Of a DNA stretch of 64,000 nt, positions 53,217-63,627 are shown one piece after another. The notes under the pieces were generated by a model. The model was not told where the DNA came from, searched no databases, and worked only from the letters and a program-made list of their open reading frames with translations. The stretch is taken from the NCBI GenBank assembly GCA_023145435.1, contig JAGLDS010000002.1, forward strand, positions 12,675-76,674, given 5' to 3'. Every line of letters begins with the position of its first letter. Within the stretch, counting starts at the first letter, position 1. A program made the translations under genes and the position numbers. The DNA comes from Clostridiales bacterium (GTDB lineage: Bacteria; Bacillota; Clostridia; DUPQ01).

Positions 53217-53884
53217 TCTAATTCATATGTTTTCAATAGAATTGCTAAAGGTTGTGAAAATAATTTTTTGTTATTAAATTCTGGATTTAAATGAGATATT
53301 AGCATTTTCTTAGGATAAGCTTCAATTTCAATATTATTACAATCCTCTGGAGATAAATGTGGTGGAGTATTTCCCCCATCTACTATTAACAAATCACAAT
53401 TTTCAGCAAACGACTCTATTCTTTCGTTATAATTTGTATCACCAGTATAGACAAAATTGTGTGTGTCATCTCTAAATTTGGTAGCATAACTTTTTATTGG
53501 ATGAGTCATTTCACAAAAAGTTACTGTCATATCTTTTATATGTGTTAATTTACAATCACTAATAGTGTATACATCAAATGCTTCATTATCTAAGAATAGT
53601 TCTAAAATATTTCGTGGATTATTAGGTACATATAAGAGCATTTTTTTATTCTTACTTTGAAAATAATAAGAAAGTCCTAATAAATCACTAATATGGTCAT
53701 AATGAAAATGTGATATACAAATAGCATCTAAATCAATAGGATCCATAATAGTACGTAAATTTGCTATGGAACCTGGACCACAGTCATTAAGTATTGATGT
53801 TTGGCCTGATTGAACTAAATAACTAGAACAAGCACCACCTTCTAAACAATATGGACCACTATTCCCTAAAACTGTTACCTTCAT
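53213..53884 (-). CDS. MBL-fold metallo-hydrolase
   Basis: 223 aa with an HFHYDH (HxHxDH) motif. Its start overlaps the murG stop (TAATG). Confidence 0.8.
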   Translation of the reverse strand: MKVTVLGNSGPYCLEGGACSSYLVQSGQTSILNDCGPGSIANLRTIMDPIDLDAICISHFHYDHISDLLGLSYYFQSKNKKMLLYVPNNPRNILELFLDNEAFDVYTISDCKLTHIKDMTVTFCEMTHPIKSYATKFRDDTHNFVYTGDTNYNERIESFAENCDLLIVDGGNTPPHLSPEDCNNIEIEAYPKKMLISHLNPEFNNKKLFSQPLAILLKTYELD

Positions 53885-54981
53885 TACTTTACCAACTTTC
53901 TAATAATATCTAAAATTCTCTCTTTTCCATCAATAATACCCATTTTCAAAGCACTTTCTCTCATACTAATCATTTTTTCTTCATTTTGCAATATATTAAC
54001 TATTTTTTCATATAAGACTAACCCATTTAATTGTTTATCAAGAATAACTTCGCAAGCTCCTTTTGATTCAACAGCTCTGGCATTTGGCTCTTGATGATTT
54101 TCAGCCACATTTGATGAAGGAATAATAATTGATGGAACACCAATAGCCAACATTTCACTTATTGTCATTGAACCCCCTCTAGTAATCATTAAATCTGCAC
54201 TATGATACACTTCTGGTGAATTATATATATAGTCAACAATAGAAACATTGTCAAAATCTTTATTTATTCTATCAATTACTTCAGAGTAATATTGTTTTCC
54301 AGGTGCATATATAAGTGTGAAATCATTATCTTTTAGATGCTTATTAATAAGTTGTATCATGGAATCATTTATGGCTCTTGCCCCTAATGAACCACCCATA
54401 ACTACTACTAATTTTTCATTTACCTTTAAACTGATTTTTTCACGACATTCAAGGCGGTTAAGATTTAATATATCATTTCTTAACGGATTACCAGTTAAAA
54501 TGATTTTCTTGCTATTTTTTAAAAATTGTTTGCTTTTTAAAAAACTAATTCCAATTACATCCATCCTTTTTGCTAACAATCGAGTTGTAATACCAGGATA
54601 TGCGTTTGCTTCATGTAAAAAAGTAGGTATTTTCCTTCTACTAGCTAAATACATAATAGGTCCTGCAACATAGCCACCTGTACCAATAACAATATCAGGG
54701 GATAATTCTTTTAAAATTTTACGAGATTGTACCATACCAACACATAGTGCAAACAAGCCAACAATTGTATTTAATGAAAATTTGCGTTTAAATCCTCTTA
54801 CAGTAATATACCGTAAATCATAATCAGCTCTAGGTACTAAATCTTTTTCTAATCCTCTTTTTGTTCCAATAAAAGTAATATCACCCTTACTAAGATTTAA
54901 TTTTTCAACTAATAAATCGGCAATTGCCAAAGCTGGATTTATATGTCCAGCTGTTCCTCCACCTGCAATAATTACTTTCAT
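53884..54981 (-). CDS. murG: UDP-N-acetylglucosamine:lipid I GlcNAc transferase MurG
   Basis: 365 aa with the N-terminal GGGTAGHINPALA motif. dcw context. Confidence 0.93.
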   Translation of the reverse strand: MKVIIAGGGTAGHINPALAIADLLVEKLNLSKGDITFIGTKRGLEKDLVPRADYDLRYITVRGFKRKFSLNTIVGLFALCVGMVQSRKILKELSPDIVIGTGGYVAGPIMYLASRRKIPTFLHEANAYPGITTRLLAKRMDVIGISFLKSKQFLKNSKKIILTGNPLRNDILNLNRLECREKISLKVNEKLVVVMGGSLGARAINDSMIQLINKHLKDNDFTLIYAPGKQYYSEVIDRINKDFDNVSIVDYIYNSPEVYHSADLMITRGGSMTISEMLAIGVPSIIIPSSNVAENHQEPNARAVESKGACEVILDKQLNGLVLYEKIVNILQNEEKMISMRESALKMGIIDGKERILDIIRKLVK

Positions 54982-56096
54982 GATTTTTTTACACTCCTCT
55001 TTGCATGTCTTGATATACTTAATAGTAACCCAATCTCAACCATATTTACAACTAAGCTAGTTCCACCAAAACTAAAAAATGGTAATGAAATACCTGTTGT
55101 AGGTAAAGCACCTGTAACAACACCAATATTTAGTATTGCTTGAATAAAGAACAAACAAGAAATTCCTCCAGCTAATAGTTTTCCAAAAGGATCTTTAGTA
55201 TTAATTGACACTCTCATGCCTCGATATACTAATAAAAAGAATAATAAGATTACTACTAAGCAACCAATAAACCCTAATTCTTCTGCTAATATTGAAAATA
55301 TAAAATCATTATGTTGTTCAGGCATATATAAAAACTTTTGTACACTTTTCCCTAACCCTCTCCCTAGTAAACCTCCAGCACCAATTGCATAAAAAGATTG
55401 AATTAATTGATATCCTAAATCAAGAGGATCTTTAAAAGGATTTAAGAAAATCGTTAGCCTATCATTTGTATAATCTGTAAGTACTGCAAATCCAACTAAG
55501 CCAGCTCCACCTACAAATCCACAAATCATTAGATGATGAAATTTAGCTCCTCCAATAAACAATAATAAAAAAGTTATAATACTTATAATAATTGTAGCAC
55601 TTAAATGAGGTTCAGCTAATAATAATACTGCTGCAATAGCTAGGAATGTTAAATGATATAACACCCATTTAATAGATGTACTTACTTTTTCTTGATTTTT
55701 AGAAATACTATAAGATAGAAAAATAATTAAAGCTAATTTAAAAAATTCAGATGGTTGGAATCCAGGTCCCAAATCTATCCATCTTCTTGCTCCGTTATAT
55801 ATTTGACCAATACCTGGTATTAGTACAGCGATTAATAATAAAAAACATAGACCTATAAAAAGAAGAGCAATCAATTTCAATAAACGATAATCAATAAATG
55901 ATAAGCCAATCATAAGTATTAAACCAATTCCAGCTGCAATTAGTTGCTTGTTTAAAAAATAATAAATATTATCAAAAGCCATTTTTGCATAAGGAGTGCT
56001 AGCGCTAAAAACCATGATGATTCCCAGTGAAACCAACATTAAAGTAAAAACAAATATCCAATAATCAAAAGGTTTTGTATAAAATAATTTTTTCAT
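54978..56096 (-). CDS. ftsW: FtsW/RodA/SpoVE family peptidoglycan glycosyltransferase (FtsW by position)
   Basis: 372 aa, polytopic SEDS protein. ATGA overlap with murG. Confidence 0.88.
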   Translation of the reverse strand: MKKLFYTKPFDYWIFVFTLMLVSLGIIMVFSASTPYAKMAFDNIYYFLNKQLIAAGIGLILMIGLSFIDYRLLKLIALLFIGLCFLLLIAVLIPGIGQIYNGARRWIDLGPGFQPSEFFKLALIIFLSYSISKNQEKVSTSIKWVLYHLTFLAIAAVLLLAEPHLSATIIISIITFLLLFIGGAKFHHLMICGFVGGAGLVGFAVLTDYTNDRLTIFLNPFKDPLDLGYQLIQSFYAIGAGGLLGRGLGKSVQKFLYMPEQHNDFIFSILAEELGFIGCLVVILLFFLLVYRGMRVSINTKDPFGKLLAGGISCLFFIQAILNIGVVTGALPTTGISLPFFSFGGTSLVVNMVEIGLLLSISRHAKRSVKKS

Positions 56097-56108
56097 TAAT
56101 ATCCTATC

Positions 56109-57071
56109 TTATAGCCATACTAATATGGCATATGATAAGGCACAAGCCACAATTGTTACTGTTGTAAAGACAACTACAACTTTTGCTTCTTTCCATCCAC
56201 TTAATTCAAAATGATGATGAATAGGCGCCATTTTAAAAACTCTTCTTTTTGTTCTTTTATAATGCCCAACTTGAATTATAACTGATAGCGCTTCAACAAC
56301 ATAAACAATACCAGCAATAAGTAAAACCCAAGGTATCTTTAAATATATAGCCATAATCCCAACCAATGCACCTAGTCCCAATGAACCTGTATCACCCATG
56401 AAAACTTTAGCAGGATGCCCATTATATAATAGAAATGCTAGTAATCCACCAACTGTGCTAATTGAGAATATAATAACTAGTTCATTATTAATATTAACAA
56501 AAGCAATTAACATTAAACACATCATGACAATTGCTGTAACACTAGATGCTAAGCCATCAACGCCATCAGATAGATTTACTGAATTAGTTGCAGCGTACAT
56601 TACAATTATAATAAACAAAACATACAAGAATTTAGGAATCATAAACGATGTCATCATATTAGAAAATGGTGCAATTAATTCTGTCCCAATATTAGAAAAA
56701 TATACAAAATACGTGGCAAACAATGTGGAAACAATTAGTAAACCAATAGTTTTTTGTAAAACACTAAGTCCATCTTTGCTTTTTCTTTTTATTTTTAATA
56801 AATCATCTAAAAAGCCAACTAAAGAAAATAGAAGGACAATTATTGAAATAATTATACTATCAATAGAAAATTTGTTAAAAATAGTTGCAAACAATAAAAT
56901 AGGAATAATAAACATAATTCCACCTATTGTTGGAATACCCATCTTGCTTAAGTGGGTTTTTGGACCATCATTCCTAACAATTTGCCCAAATTTTAATTTT
57001 TGAAGTAATGGAATAAGTAATCGCCCAAATAAAGCTGTTGTTAAAAATGTAATAATAAATGATAATCCCAT
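56109..57071 (-). CDS. mraY: phospho-N-acetylmuramoyl-pentapeptide transferase MraY
   Basis: 320 aa. NLSDGVDGLA, MGDTGSLGLG and APIHHHFE motifs. Confidence 0.95.
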   Translation of the reverse strand: MGLSFIITFLTTALFGRLLIPLLQKLKFGQIVRNDGPKTHLSKMGIPTIGGIMFIIPILLFATIFNKFSIDSIIISIIVLLFSLVGFLDDLLKIKRKSKDGLSVLQKTIGLLIVSTLFATYFVYFSNIGTELIAPFSNMMTSFMIPKFLYVLFIIIVMYAATNSVNLSDGVDGLASSVTAIVMMCLMLIAFVNINNELVIIFSISTVGGLLAFLLYNGHPAKVFMGDTGSLGLGALVGIMAIYLKIPWVLLIAGIVYVVEALSVIIQVGHYKRTKRRVFKMAPIHHHFELSGWKEAKVVVVFTTVTIVACALSYAILVWL

Positions 57072-57073
57072 GT

Positions 57074-58426
57074 CTACTCCTTTTTATTTATAAATTCAAT
57101 AACTGTTTCCATTTTTGAACCCCTTGAGCCTTTTAACAGAATTGAATCACCTTGTTTTATTATATCATTAATATTCTTCTCTAAATATGATAAATCCTCA
57201 AAATAATATAATTCCAAATTACTATTTTTTGCACTTTTAGCTCCATCAATATAAAAACTAGCATCGTTACCTACTCCAATTAATACATCCATCAATGAAT
57301 TAGCAACATGTTTGCCAACATCAAAATGATTATCTTTTGAAAAATCACCCATTTCAAGCATATCTCCTAATATCGCAACTTTACGTCCTTTTTGTATGTC
57401 TAGTACATCAATTGCAGCTTTCATAGACTGAGTATTTGCGTTATATGCATCATTTATAATAGTCATACCTTGAATTTTAGATATATTCATTCTCATTTTT
57501 TCATTTGAAAATGTTTTTAGCCCTTGATTGATCATTTTTGTACTTAATCCAAATTCATTTCCAAGAGTAATAGCAGGTAATGCATTATATACATTATGTT
57601 TTCCAAGAGTATTTAGTGTATAAAGCTCATGGCCAATCATAAATTGACTCCCTTTATTATCTTCAAGTGTTTTATAATGACTTGCTTTAACCGTGTTATG
57701 GCTTGAAAAACCATAAGTAATCACCCTATAAGGACTATTAGCCTGTAATGACATGAGGAACTCATCATCACCATTTATTAATAAAAGACTTTTTGGTAAT
57801 AAGTGATTGAGCATTTCCTTTTTAGCTATAAATATATTCTCTTTTGAGCCTAAGTTACCAATATGACTAACACCGATATTAGTTAAAATACTAATTGTAG
57901 GTTTAGCAATAGAACTTAAATAGTCAATTTCACCTAAATGATTCATTCCCATTTCAAGAATTGAAACATCATGTTCACTAGTTAGATTAAATAAAGACAT
58001 TGGTAACCCAATATGATTATTTTTATTACCTTTGGTAGTATGAACGTTTTTCAAGGTTGATAAAACACTATTTATCATATTTTTTGTTGTAGTTTTTCCA
58101 ACACTTCCAGTAAGAGCTATAACAGGAATAGAAAACTTTAATCTATAATATTTAGCCAATAATCCTAATGCTTTAATGGTATCATCTACTTTTATTACTT
58201 TTGGATTTAAATGATTTTTCTCTGATAGAATTAGTGAAGCACCTTTTTTAATTGCTTTATCAATGTAGTTATGACCATCAAAGTTTTCACCTTTTAAAGC
58301 AATAAATAGTTGACCTACTTTAATGTCTCTACTATCAGTTGAAACACCTTTAAGTAATTGATGAGTTCTATGTTCTTTATCACAACAGTCAAATAGCGAT
58401 TGTACTTCATCAATCCATAAATTCAT
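57074..58426 (-). CDS. murF: UDP-MurNAc-tripeptide:D-Ala-D-Ala ligase MurF
   Basis: 450 aa. Mur ligase P-loop TGSVGKTTTK. Position between murE and mraY. Confidence 0.9.
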   Translation of the reverse strand: MNLWIDEVQSLFDCCDKEHRTHQLLKGVSTDSRDIKVGQLFIALKGENFDGHNYIDKAIKKGASLILSEKNHLNPKVIKVDDTIKALGLLAKYYRLKFSIPVIALTGSVGKTTTKNMINSVLSTLKNVHTTKGNKNNHIGLPMSLFNLTSEHDVSILEMGMNHLGEIDYLSSIAKPTISILTNIGVSHIGNLGSKENIFIAKKEMLNHLLPKSLLLINGDDEFLMSLQANSPYRVITYGFSSHNTVKASHYKTLEDNKGSQFMIGHELYTLNTLGKHNVYNALPAITLGNEFGLSTKMINQGLKTFSNEKMRMNISKIQGMTIINDAYNANTQSMKAAIDVLDIQKGRKVAILGDMLEMGDFSKDNHFDVGKHVANSLMDVLIGVGNDASFYIDGAKSAKNSNLELYYFEDLSYLEKNINDIIKQGDSILLKGSRGSKMETVIEFINKKE

Positions 58427-59878
58427 TTATAGTATCTCCTTTAACAAATTGTTTACAATTTCTCGTTCATCATAGTGACTTCTAACATGATTCTTTTCAA
58501 TATAAGTTTCATGGCCTTTTCCAGCTAAAATAACTAAATCATTTTCTTTTCCAATTGTTAAAGCGTGTTTTATAGCTTGTGTTCTATCAACAATCTTAAT
58601 ATATTTACCATTTGTTTTTTTGATACCTTCTTCAATCATATTTATAATCGCTATAGGTTCTTCAGTACGAGGATTATCTGTTGTTATAATTGAGTAATCA
58701 GCATTATTTCCTGCAATCTCACCCATTTCATATCTCATGGCATTGTCACGATCTCCACCACAACCAAATAAAACAATCATTTTCCCCTTAACATCCTCTT
58801 TTATTTCTGTTAAAAGTTTTAATAAACTACTTTGATTATGTGCATAATCAATCATAACCATATATGGTGTGTTTGTATCTAGCACTTCACAACGACCTTT
58901 TACAGTAGTTTTTGCTAATCCATTAATAACACCTTCACTAGTTGCACCCATTAGAAGAGAAGCAGTTATGGCAGCTATTGCGTTACTAATATTAAATTGT
59001 CCAGGCAAAGTATAAGTAACTTTAATAACCTTATCTAATCCATTATAAGTAAAAGTAGTGTAAACACCCTCTTTATGAATTTTAGTTGCATAAATATTAG
59101 CTTGTTTACTATTAACTGAATAAGTTAATGGTTTTGCTGATTTTTCATCCATCATCCTCATATAATACGGATCATCAATATTATAGATTGCTATTTTACA
59201 TAAATTAAATAATTTAGCTTTTGATTCTAGATAATCTTCAAAATCATCATGTTCTCTCTTCCCTATATGGGTTCTGGCTAAATTTGTATAAATCCCAATA
59301 TCAAAATCAATCATTTGTACACGTTTTTGCTTTAAAGCAATTGATGCAACTTCTATGACGGCATGATTTATTTTATTAGACAAGCTTTTAGAAAAGAATT
59401 GCTGTAAATCTAGAGAACTTGGTGTGGTATTTATTGTTTTAATATGTGTATTCCCAATAAACATACCTAATGTTCCACTTGACGAAGTTGGTATATTACT
59501 ATACTCCATAATTGTTTTAATCATTTTTGCAATAGTCGTTTTACCCTTAGTACCTGTAATACCAGTTACTTTCATCTTTTGGCTAGGATTATCATAGAAA
59601 CAATTGGCTAACTTTGCTAAAGCTATTCGCCCATCTAAAACACGTATATAATTTTCAAATTGCAATGAAACCTTTTTTGTAATTAAAGCACAAACTGCCC
59701 CATTTTTTAAAGCTTTAGTTAAGTATTCATGGCCATCTTCATCAATTCCATCAATACATACAAATAAATAGCCTTTCTTAACTTTTCTAGAATCATAAGC
59801 TATCCCACTAATATTAATTTCTCTATCGCCATAAAACTCTTCTATATCAATTGTTTTTAGTAATTTTTCTAATTTCAT
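58427..59878 (-). CDS. murE: UDP-MurNAc-L-Ala-D-Glu:2,6-diaminopimelate ligase MurE (DNPR type)
   Basis: 483 aa. P-loop GTKGKTT. DNPR motif encoded at 58678-58667 (GAT AAT CCT CGT on the minus strand). Confidence 0.92.
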   Translation of the reverse strand: MKLEKLLKTIDIEEFYGDREINISGIAYDSRKVKKGYLFVCIDGIDEDGHEYLTKALKNGAVCALITKKVSLQFENYIRVLDGRIALAKLANCFYDNPSQKMKVTGITGTKGKTTIAKMIKTIMEYSNIPTSSSGTLGMFIGNTHIKTINTTPSSLDLQQFFSKSLSNKINHAVIEVASIALKQKRVQMIDFDIGIYTNLARTHIGKREHDDFEDYLESKAKLFNLCKIAIYNIDDPYYMRMMDEKSAKPLTYSVNSKQANIYATKIHKEGVYTTFTYNGLDKVIKVTYTLPGQFNISNAIAAITASLLMGATSEGVINGLAKTTVKGRCEVLDTNTPYMVMIDYAHNQSSLLKLLTEIKEDVKGKMIVLFGCGGDRDNAMRYEMGEIAGNNADYSIITTDNPRTEEPIAIINMIEEGIKKTNGKYIKIVDRTQAIKHALTIGKENDLVILAGKGHETYIEKNHVRSHYDEREIVNNLLKEIL

Positions 59879-59880
59879 AC

Positions 59881-62073
59881 TTACTCCACATTATCAGTAT
59901 ACCTAAATGTAACGGTTATTATACTGCCCTTTTCAATTTTCTCCCCTTTATTGACGCTTTGATCAATACATGTACCTAATCCTTTTGTGTCAATATTTAG
60001 GCCTAAAGCATTTAGTGTTACTTTTGCCTCATAGATTGTCTTATGTAATAAATTTGGCATTGTAACTCGTTCTTTCTCCTCAGGTAAGTAACTATATAAT
60101 ACCACAATACTTTCTTCTTTTACTATGGTTTTTGCCAATGGATATTGGTATGATACAGACACATCTTCTAAAATGTTATCACCTATTAAAATTGATTGTA
60201 ATTGTAGTTCATCTAGAATATCAGTTGCTTGATCAATAGAGTAACCAATTAACTCAGGGATTAATACGTCACGTTCTATAAGTGCTTCATCTAGATTTCT
60301 AGGAACTTGTAAGTACTCTAATGTTTCTTCAATAATCTGTCCAACAACAGGTGCTGCAATAACACCTCCATAATATGAATCACCTTGTGGGTCATGTAGT
60401 ACAACTAGTACAGTAATTACTGGATTACCAGCTGGTGCAAATCCACAAAAAGATGCTGTATACACATTTTCTTCATCTGTCTCAGATGTACCTGTTTTAC
60501 CAGCTACATCATATCCAGGAACATATGCATTTTTACCAGTTCCTTCAGAAACTACTCCTTTTAATACTTCTCTCATTGTTTGTGATGTTTGTGAAGATAT
60601 TACTTGTCTAACAGTTATAGTTTCGAATTTTTTTGCAATATTCCCTTGTGAATCTAATAATTCTTTTACTATAAATGGTTGTAATAATTTCCCATCATTT
60701 GCAATTGCTGAATAAGCTGTAATTATTTGAATTGGAGTTATTTTAAAACGTTGACCAAAAGATGCAACCGCCAAATCAATTTCTTGATATTCTAAACCAA
60801 AATCTTTTTGGAATAAGGAGTTTGATTCTCCTTGTAAGTTTATTTTTGTTTTGTCATAAAATCCAAACATTTCTACATATTCATAAAATATATCAATTCC
60901 TAACAACTGAGATACTTTCACAAATACAGGGTTACATGAGTTATAAATCCCCTCTAAGAAGGTTTCTTCTCCATGAGGGTAACTACGCCAACAGTTTATG
61001 TCCCAACCTTGTACCTCTATTTCGTAATCATCTGTCATGGTTGACAGCAAAATAACATTTTCCTCTAATGCTATAGAAGCAGTTATAGCTTTAAATGTTG
61101 ACCCTGGTTCATATGTATCAGAAAGAGCTTTATTTCTCCATACTGTTTGATTAAGTAAATTAATATCTTTAGTAGAGTATCCTGTCCAACTAGTGGAATC
61201 AAACCCATCAGGACATTCTCTTGGATTATTTAAGTCAAAATCAGGTTTTGATACCATAGCTAAAATTTCACCTGTTTTAGGGTCCATAACAATTGCAGTT
61301 GCACCTCTTGTTACATCATTTTTAAATATGGCTTCATCAAGAGCTTTTTCTACTATATATTGTATATTTTCATCAATAGTCAACACCACATCAAGTCCAT
61401 CGTATGCTGCAATTTGGTTGTCAGTAGAAAAAGGAATCAAAGTTCCGTTTTTATCAATTTCAGAAGTTATTTTTCCAGGAATCCCTTTTAATACTTCGTC
61501 CATCGTATATTCAATACCTATTAACCCTTGATTATCTATACCTGTAAATCCAATTATATGAGCAGCCAAATTATCATTTGGATAATATCTTTTTGTATCA
61601 TCTTCAATGGTTACCCCTGCAATATTATTATCACTTAACCAGCTTTGTAATTCATCTCCAATTTCCTTTTCTACCTGTCTTACTAATAATTCATATTCGC
61701 TTTCTTTATTTATTTTTTCTATTATGGTTTCTTTACCAATTTTTAGTATTTTATCTAAACCTCTTGCTAATAAATCAACTGATAACTCATTTGCTCTCAT
61801 TGCAGTTGGACTTATTGAAATAGTATTTACATAGATACTAATGGCTAGATCATTACCATATCTATCATAGATTGCTCCCCTTGCAGGAGTTAATTTTTGA
61901 TTTCTTGTTTGTTGTTGGTAGGCTAATTTCTGATATTCTTCTCCTTTAATAAATTGAATATAAAAAATTCGTGCTAGTAATAAAATCGCACATAATGCAA
62001 AAACAACGATTATTACTAACAGTCGTTTTCTTTCTTTATATAGTTTTATTTTTTTTTGGTCATTCACCATCAT
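59881..62073 (-). CDS. ftsI: class B penicillin-binding protein (FtsI/PBP2B-type) with two C-terminal PASTA domains
   Basis: 730 aa. N-terminal TM anchor, STFK, SCN and KTGT motifs, and two PASTA-like repeats at the C-terminus. Confidence 0.9.
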   Translation of the reverse strand: MMVNDQKKIKLYKERKRLLVIIVVFALCAILLLARIFYIQFIKGEEYQKLAYQQQTRNQKLTPARGAIYDRYGNDLAISIYVNTISISPTAMRANELSVDLLARGLDKILKIGKETIIEKINKESEYELLVRQVEKEIGDELQSWLSDNNIAGVTIEDDTKRYYPNDNLAAHIIGFTGIDNQGLIGIEYTMDEVLKGIPGKITSEIDKNGTLIPFSTDNQIAAYDGLDVVLTIDENIQYIVEKALDEAIFKNDVTRGATAIVMDPKTGEILAMVSKPDFDLNNPRECPDGFDSTSWTGYSTKDINLLNQTVWRNKALSDTYEPGSTFKAITASIALEENVILLSTMTDDYEIEVQGWDINCWRSYPHGEETFLEGIYNSCNPVFVKVSQLLGIDIFYEYVEMFGFYDKTKINLQGESNSLFQKDFGLEYQEIDLAVASFGQRFKITPIQIITAYSAIANDGKLLQPFIVKELLDSQGNIAKKFETITVRQVISSQTSQTMREVLKGVVSEGTGKNAYVPGYDVAGKTGTSETDEENVYTASFCGFAPAGNPVITVLVVLHDPQGDSYYGGVIAAPVVGQIIEETLEYLQVPRNLDEALIERDVLIPELIGYSIDQATDILDELQLQSILIGDNILEDVSVSYQYPLAKTIVKEESIVVLYSYLPEEKERVTMPNLLHKTIYEAKVTLNALGLNIDTKGLGTCIDQSVNKGEKIEKGSIITVTFRYTDNVE

Positions 62074-62096
62074 TTTTTCCTTTATAATTGGTGAAT

Positions 62097-62570
62097 CTAC
62101 CCGAATATATTTCTGATATTCATCAGACTAACCTTTAAATCATCAATTGACACTAGTATTTTATCATAAAATGTTAATGGTTTGGAAGCCAATGATATTT
62201 CGTCATATCTTGGAACTTGAATGTAAATAGTTTGATAATGATCAGGTTGCTGCATCCCAAGTTGAGTCATGGCGGTATAACGTATCTGTGGTAAATTCAT
62301 AAATTGATCTAATTGTAATTGTAATGATGAATTAACAGCTTCTTGCGCTATTAATTGCTGTGATAAGTCTGCCACATCATAATTCATTTGTGTTATATAA
62401 CTATAACGAGAAATAATACCAAATAAAGAAATAAACACAAATAAGACCCATATTACAATGCGTCTTTTATTTCCTTTATTTCCCTTCAATAAGGTTGGTT
62501 TAATCCCTTGTTTCCCCTTAGATTCAGTCATTATGTGTTGTTCATTATTTAGTCTTCTTTGTGCATTCAT
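62097..62570 (-). CDS. ftsL: cell division protein FtsL-like (bitopic, coiled coil)
   Basis: 157 aa. Basic N-terminus, single TM (IVIWVLFVFISLFGII), then a heptad-like region. Canonical position between rsmH and ftsI. Confidence 0.6.
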   Translation of the reverse strand: MNAQRRLNNEQHIMTESKGKQGIKPTLLKGNKGNKRRIVIWVLFVFISLFGIISRYSYITQMNYDVADLSQQLIAQEAVNSSLQLQLDQFMNLPQIRYTAMTQLGMQQPDHYQTIYIQVPRYDEISLASKPLTFYDKILVSIDDLKVSLMNIRNIFG

Positions 62571-62599
62571 AATTGACTCCCCAGTTTTGTGAAAAATAC

Positions 62600-62629
62600 A
62601 TCGGCCGGTAGTACACCGGCCGATTTTTT
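62600..62629 (-). other. GC-rich 10-bp hairpin in the rsmH-ftsL spacer (possible attenuator or RNA-stability element)
   Basis: ATCGGCCGGT (62600-62609), 5-nt loop, ACCGGCCGAT (62615-62624). T6 follows on the plus strand. GTATTTTTCAC follows on the minus (coding) strand. Confidence 0.5.
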
Positions 62630-62678
62630 CTTCTTTCGTGTCTTTCGTACTTTAAAAATTTTATCTTTTGTATGACTA

Positions 62679-63626
62679 TCATCTGCGCTCAATTACACGT
62701 AATTTTGCACTTCTTGATCGTCTATTGTTATTTAACTCTAAGTCGGATGCCAGTATGGGTTTTCTATTTATTCTTTTAAACATACTGACTTTGTTACAAA
62801 CACATATTGGAAAATCGGGGGGACATTCACATGGATTCTCCAACTTAGAAAATATAACCTTTACTATTCTGTCTTCCAGAGAATGAAATGTAATGACAGC
62901 TAATCTGCCACCTTTTTGTAAGGACAAAGCCGCCTCAACAAGGGTGTTTTCTAGTGTTGTTAATTCATCATTAACTTCAATTCTAATAGCTTGAAATGTT
63001 TTCCTTGCCGGGTGCTTTCCTTTAAATCGATCTTTAGGTGGATAGCAGCTTTTAACTAACTCTGCTAATTCTAATGTGGTTTCTATTGGTTTGTTTTGTC
63101 TTTTGTACATTATCGCGTTAACGATTTTTCTTGTGTATTTTTCTTCACCATACTTAAAAAGTATTTCAGTGAGCTTATCTTTTGTATATGTATTGACTAC
63201 ACTAAATGCAGTCTTTGTTTCACTTGTATCCATCCTCATGTCCAATTTAGCATCATCGTGATAGGAAAAGCCTCTCTCAATGGTGTCTAATTGATAGGAT
63301 GAAACTCCTAAATCCATTAGAATTCCTAAAGTATTTTCTTTAGCATATTTTTTTATGATATTTTCAATGTTCAGGTAGTTGTCTTTGACAACAATATATT
63401 TGGATAATAGATTTGCATCTTTTAATCTCTTAGTTACAACATCAACGGCTACTTGATCTCTATCAATTGCAATTAGCATTCCATTTTCGCCTAGTCTTTT
63501 AGCAATCTCAATACTATGTCCACCACCTCCGGCAGTACAATCAATATATGTGCCATTTTTATCTATGTTCAACGCTTCAATACATTCATTTAATAAAACT
63601 GGTTCATGGGAAAATTCAATATTCAT
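62679..63626 (-). CDS. rsmH: 16S rRNA (cytosine1402-N4)-methyltransferase RsmH
   Basis: The conserved N-terminus MNIEFSHEPVLLNE starts at the internal Met of track ORF 62679..63752. DCTAGGGGHS and DLGVSSYQLD...RGFS motifs. The start lies 1 nt after the mraZ stop. Confidence 0.93.
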   Translation of the reverse strand: MNIEFSHEPVLLNECIEALNIDKNGTYIDCTAGGGGHSIEIAKRLGENGMLIAIDRDQVAVDVVTKRLKDANLLSKYIVVKDNYLNIENIIKKYAKENTLGILMDLGVSSYQLDTIERGFSYHDDAKLDMRMDTSETKTAFSVVNTYTKDKLTEILFKYGEEKYTRKIVNAIMYKRQNKPIETTLELAELVKSCYPPKDRFKGKHPARKTFQAIRIEVNDELTTLENTLVEAALSLQKGGRLAVITFHSLEDRIVKVIFSKLENPCECPPDFPICVCNKVSMFKRINRKPILASDLELNNNRRSRSAKLRVIERR

Positions 63627-63627
63627 A

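Noticed and set aside
56398-57003. A 201-aa plus-strand ORF antisense to mraY. Similar antisense ORFs occur at 382-642, 5062-5499, 8307-8579, 16848-17228, 17910-18296, 21073-21459, 45675-45926, 54317-54673, 60762-61055, 61193-61531 and 61578-61834.
   Set aside because: Each lies wholly inside a strongly supported minus-strand gene. Their composition is low-complexity and rich in Ser/Ile/Leu/Phe, with no recognisable motifs or Shine-Dalgarno. This is the expected mirror-frame artefact of AT-rich coding DNA.
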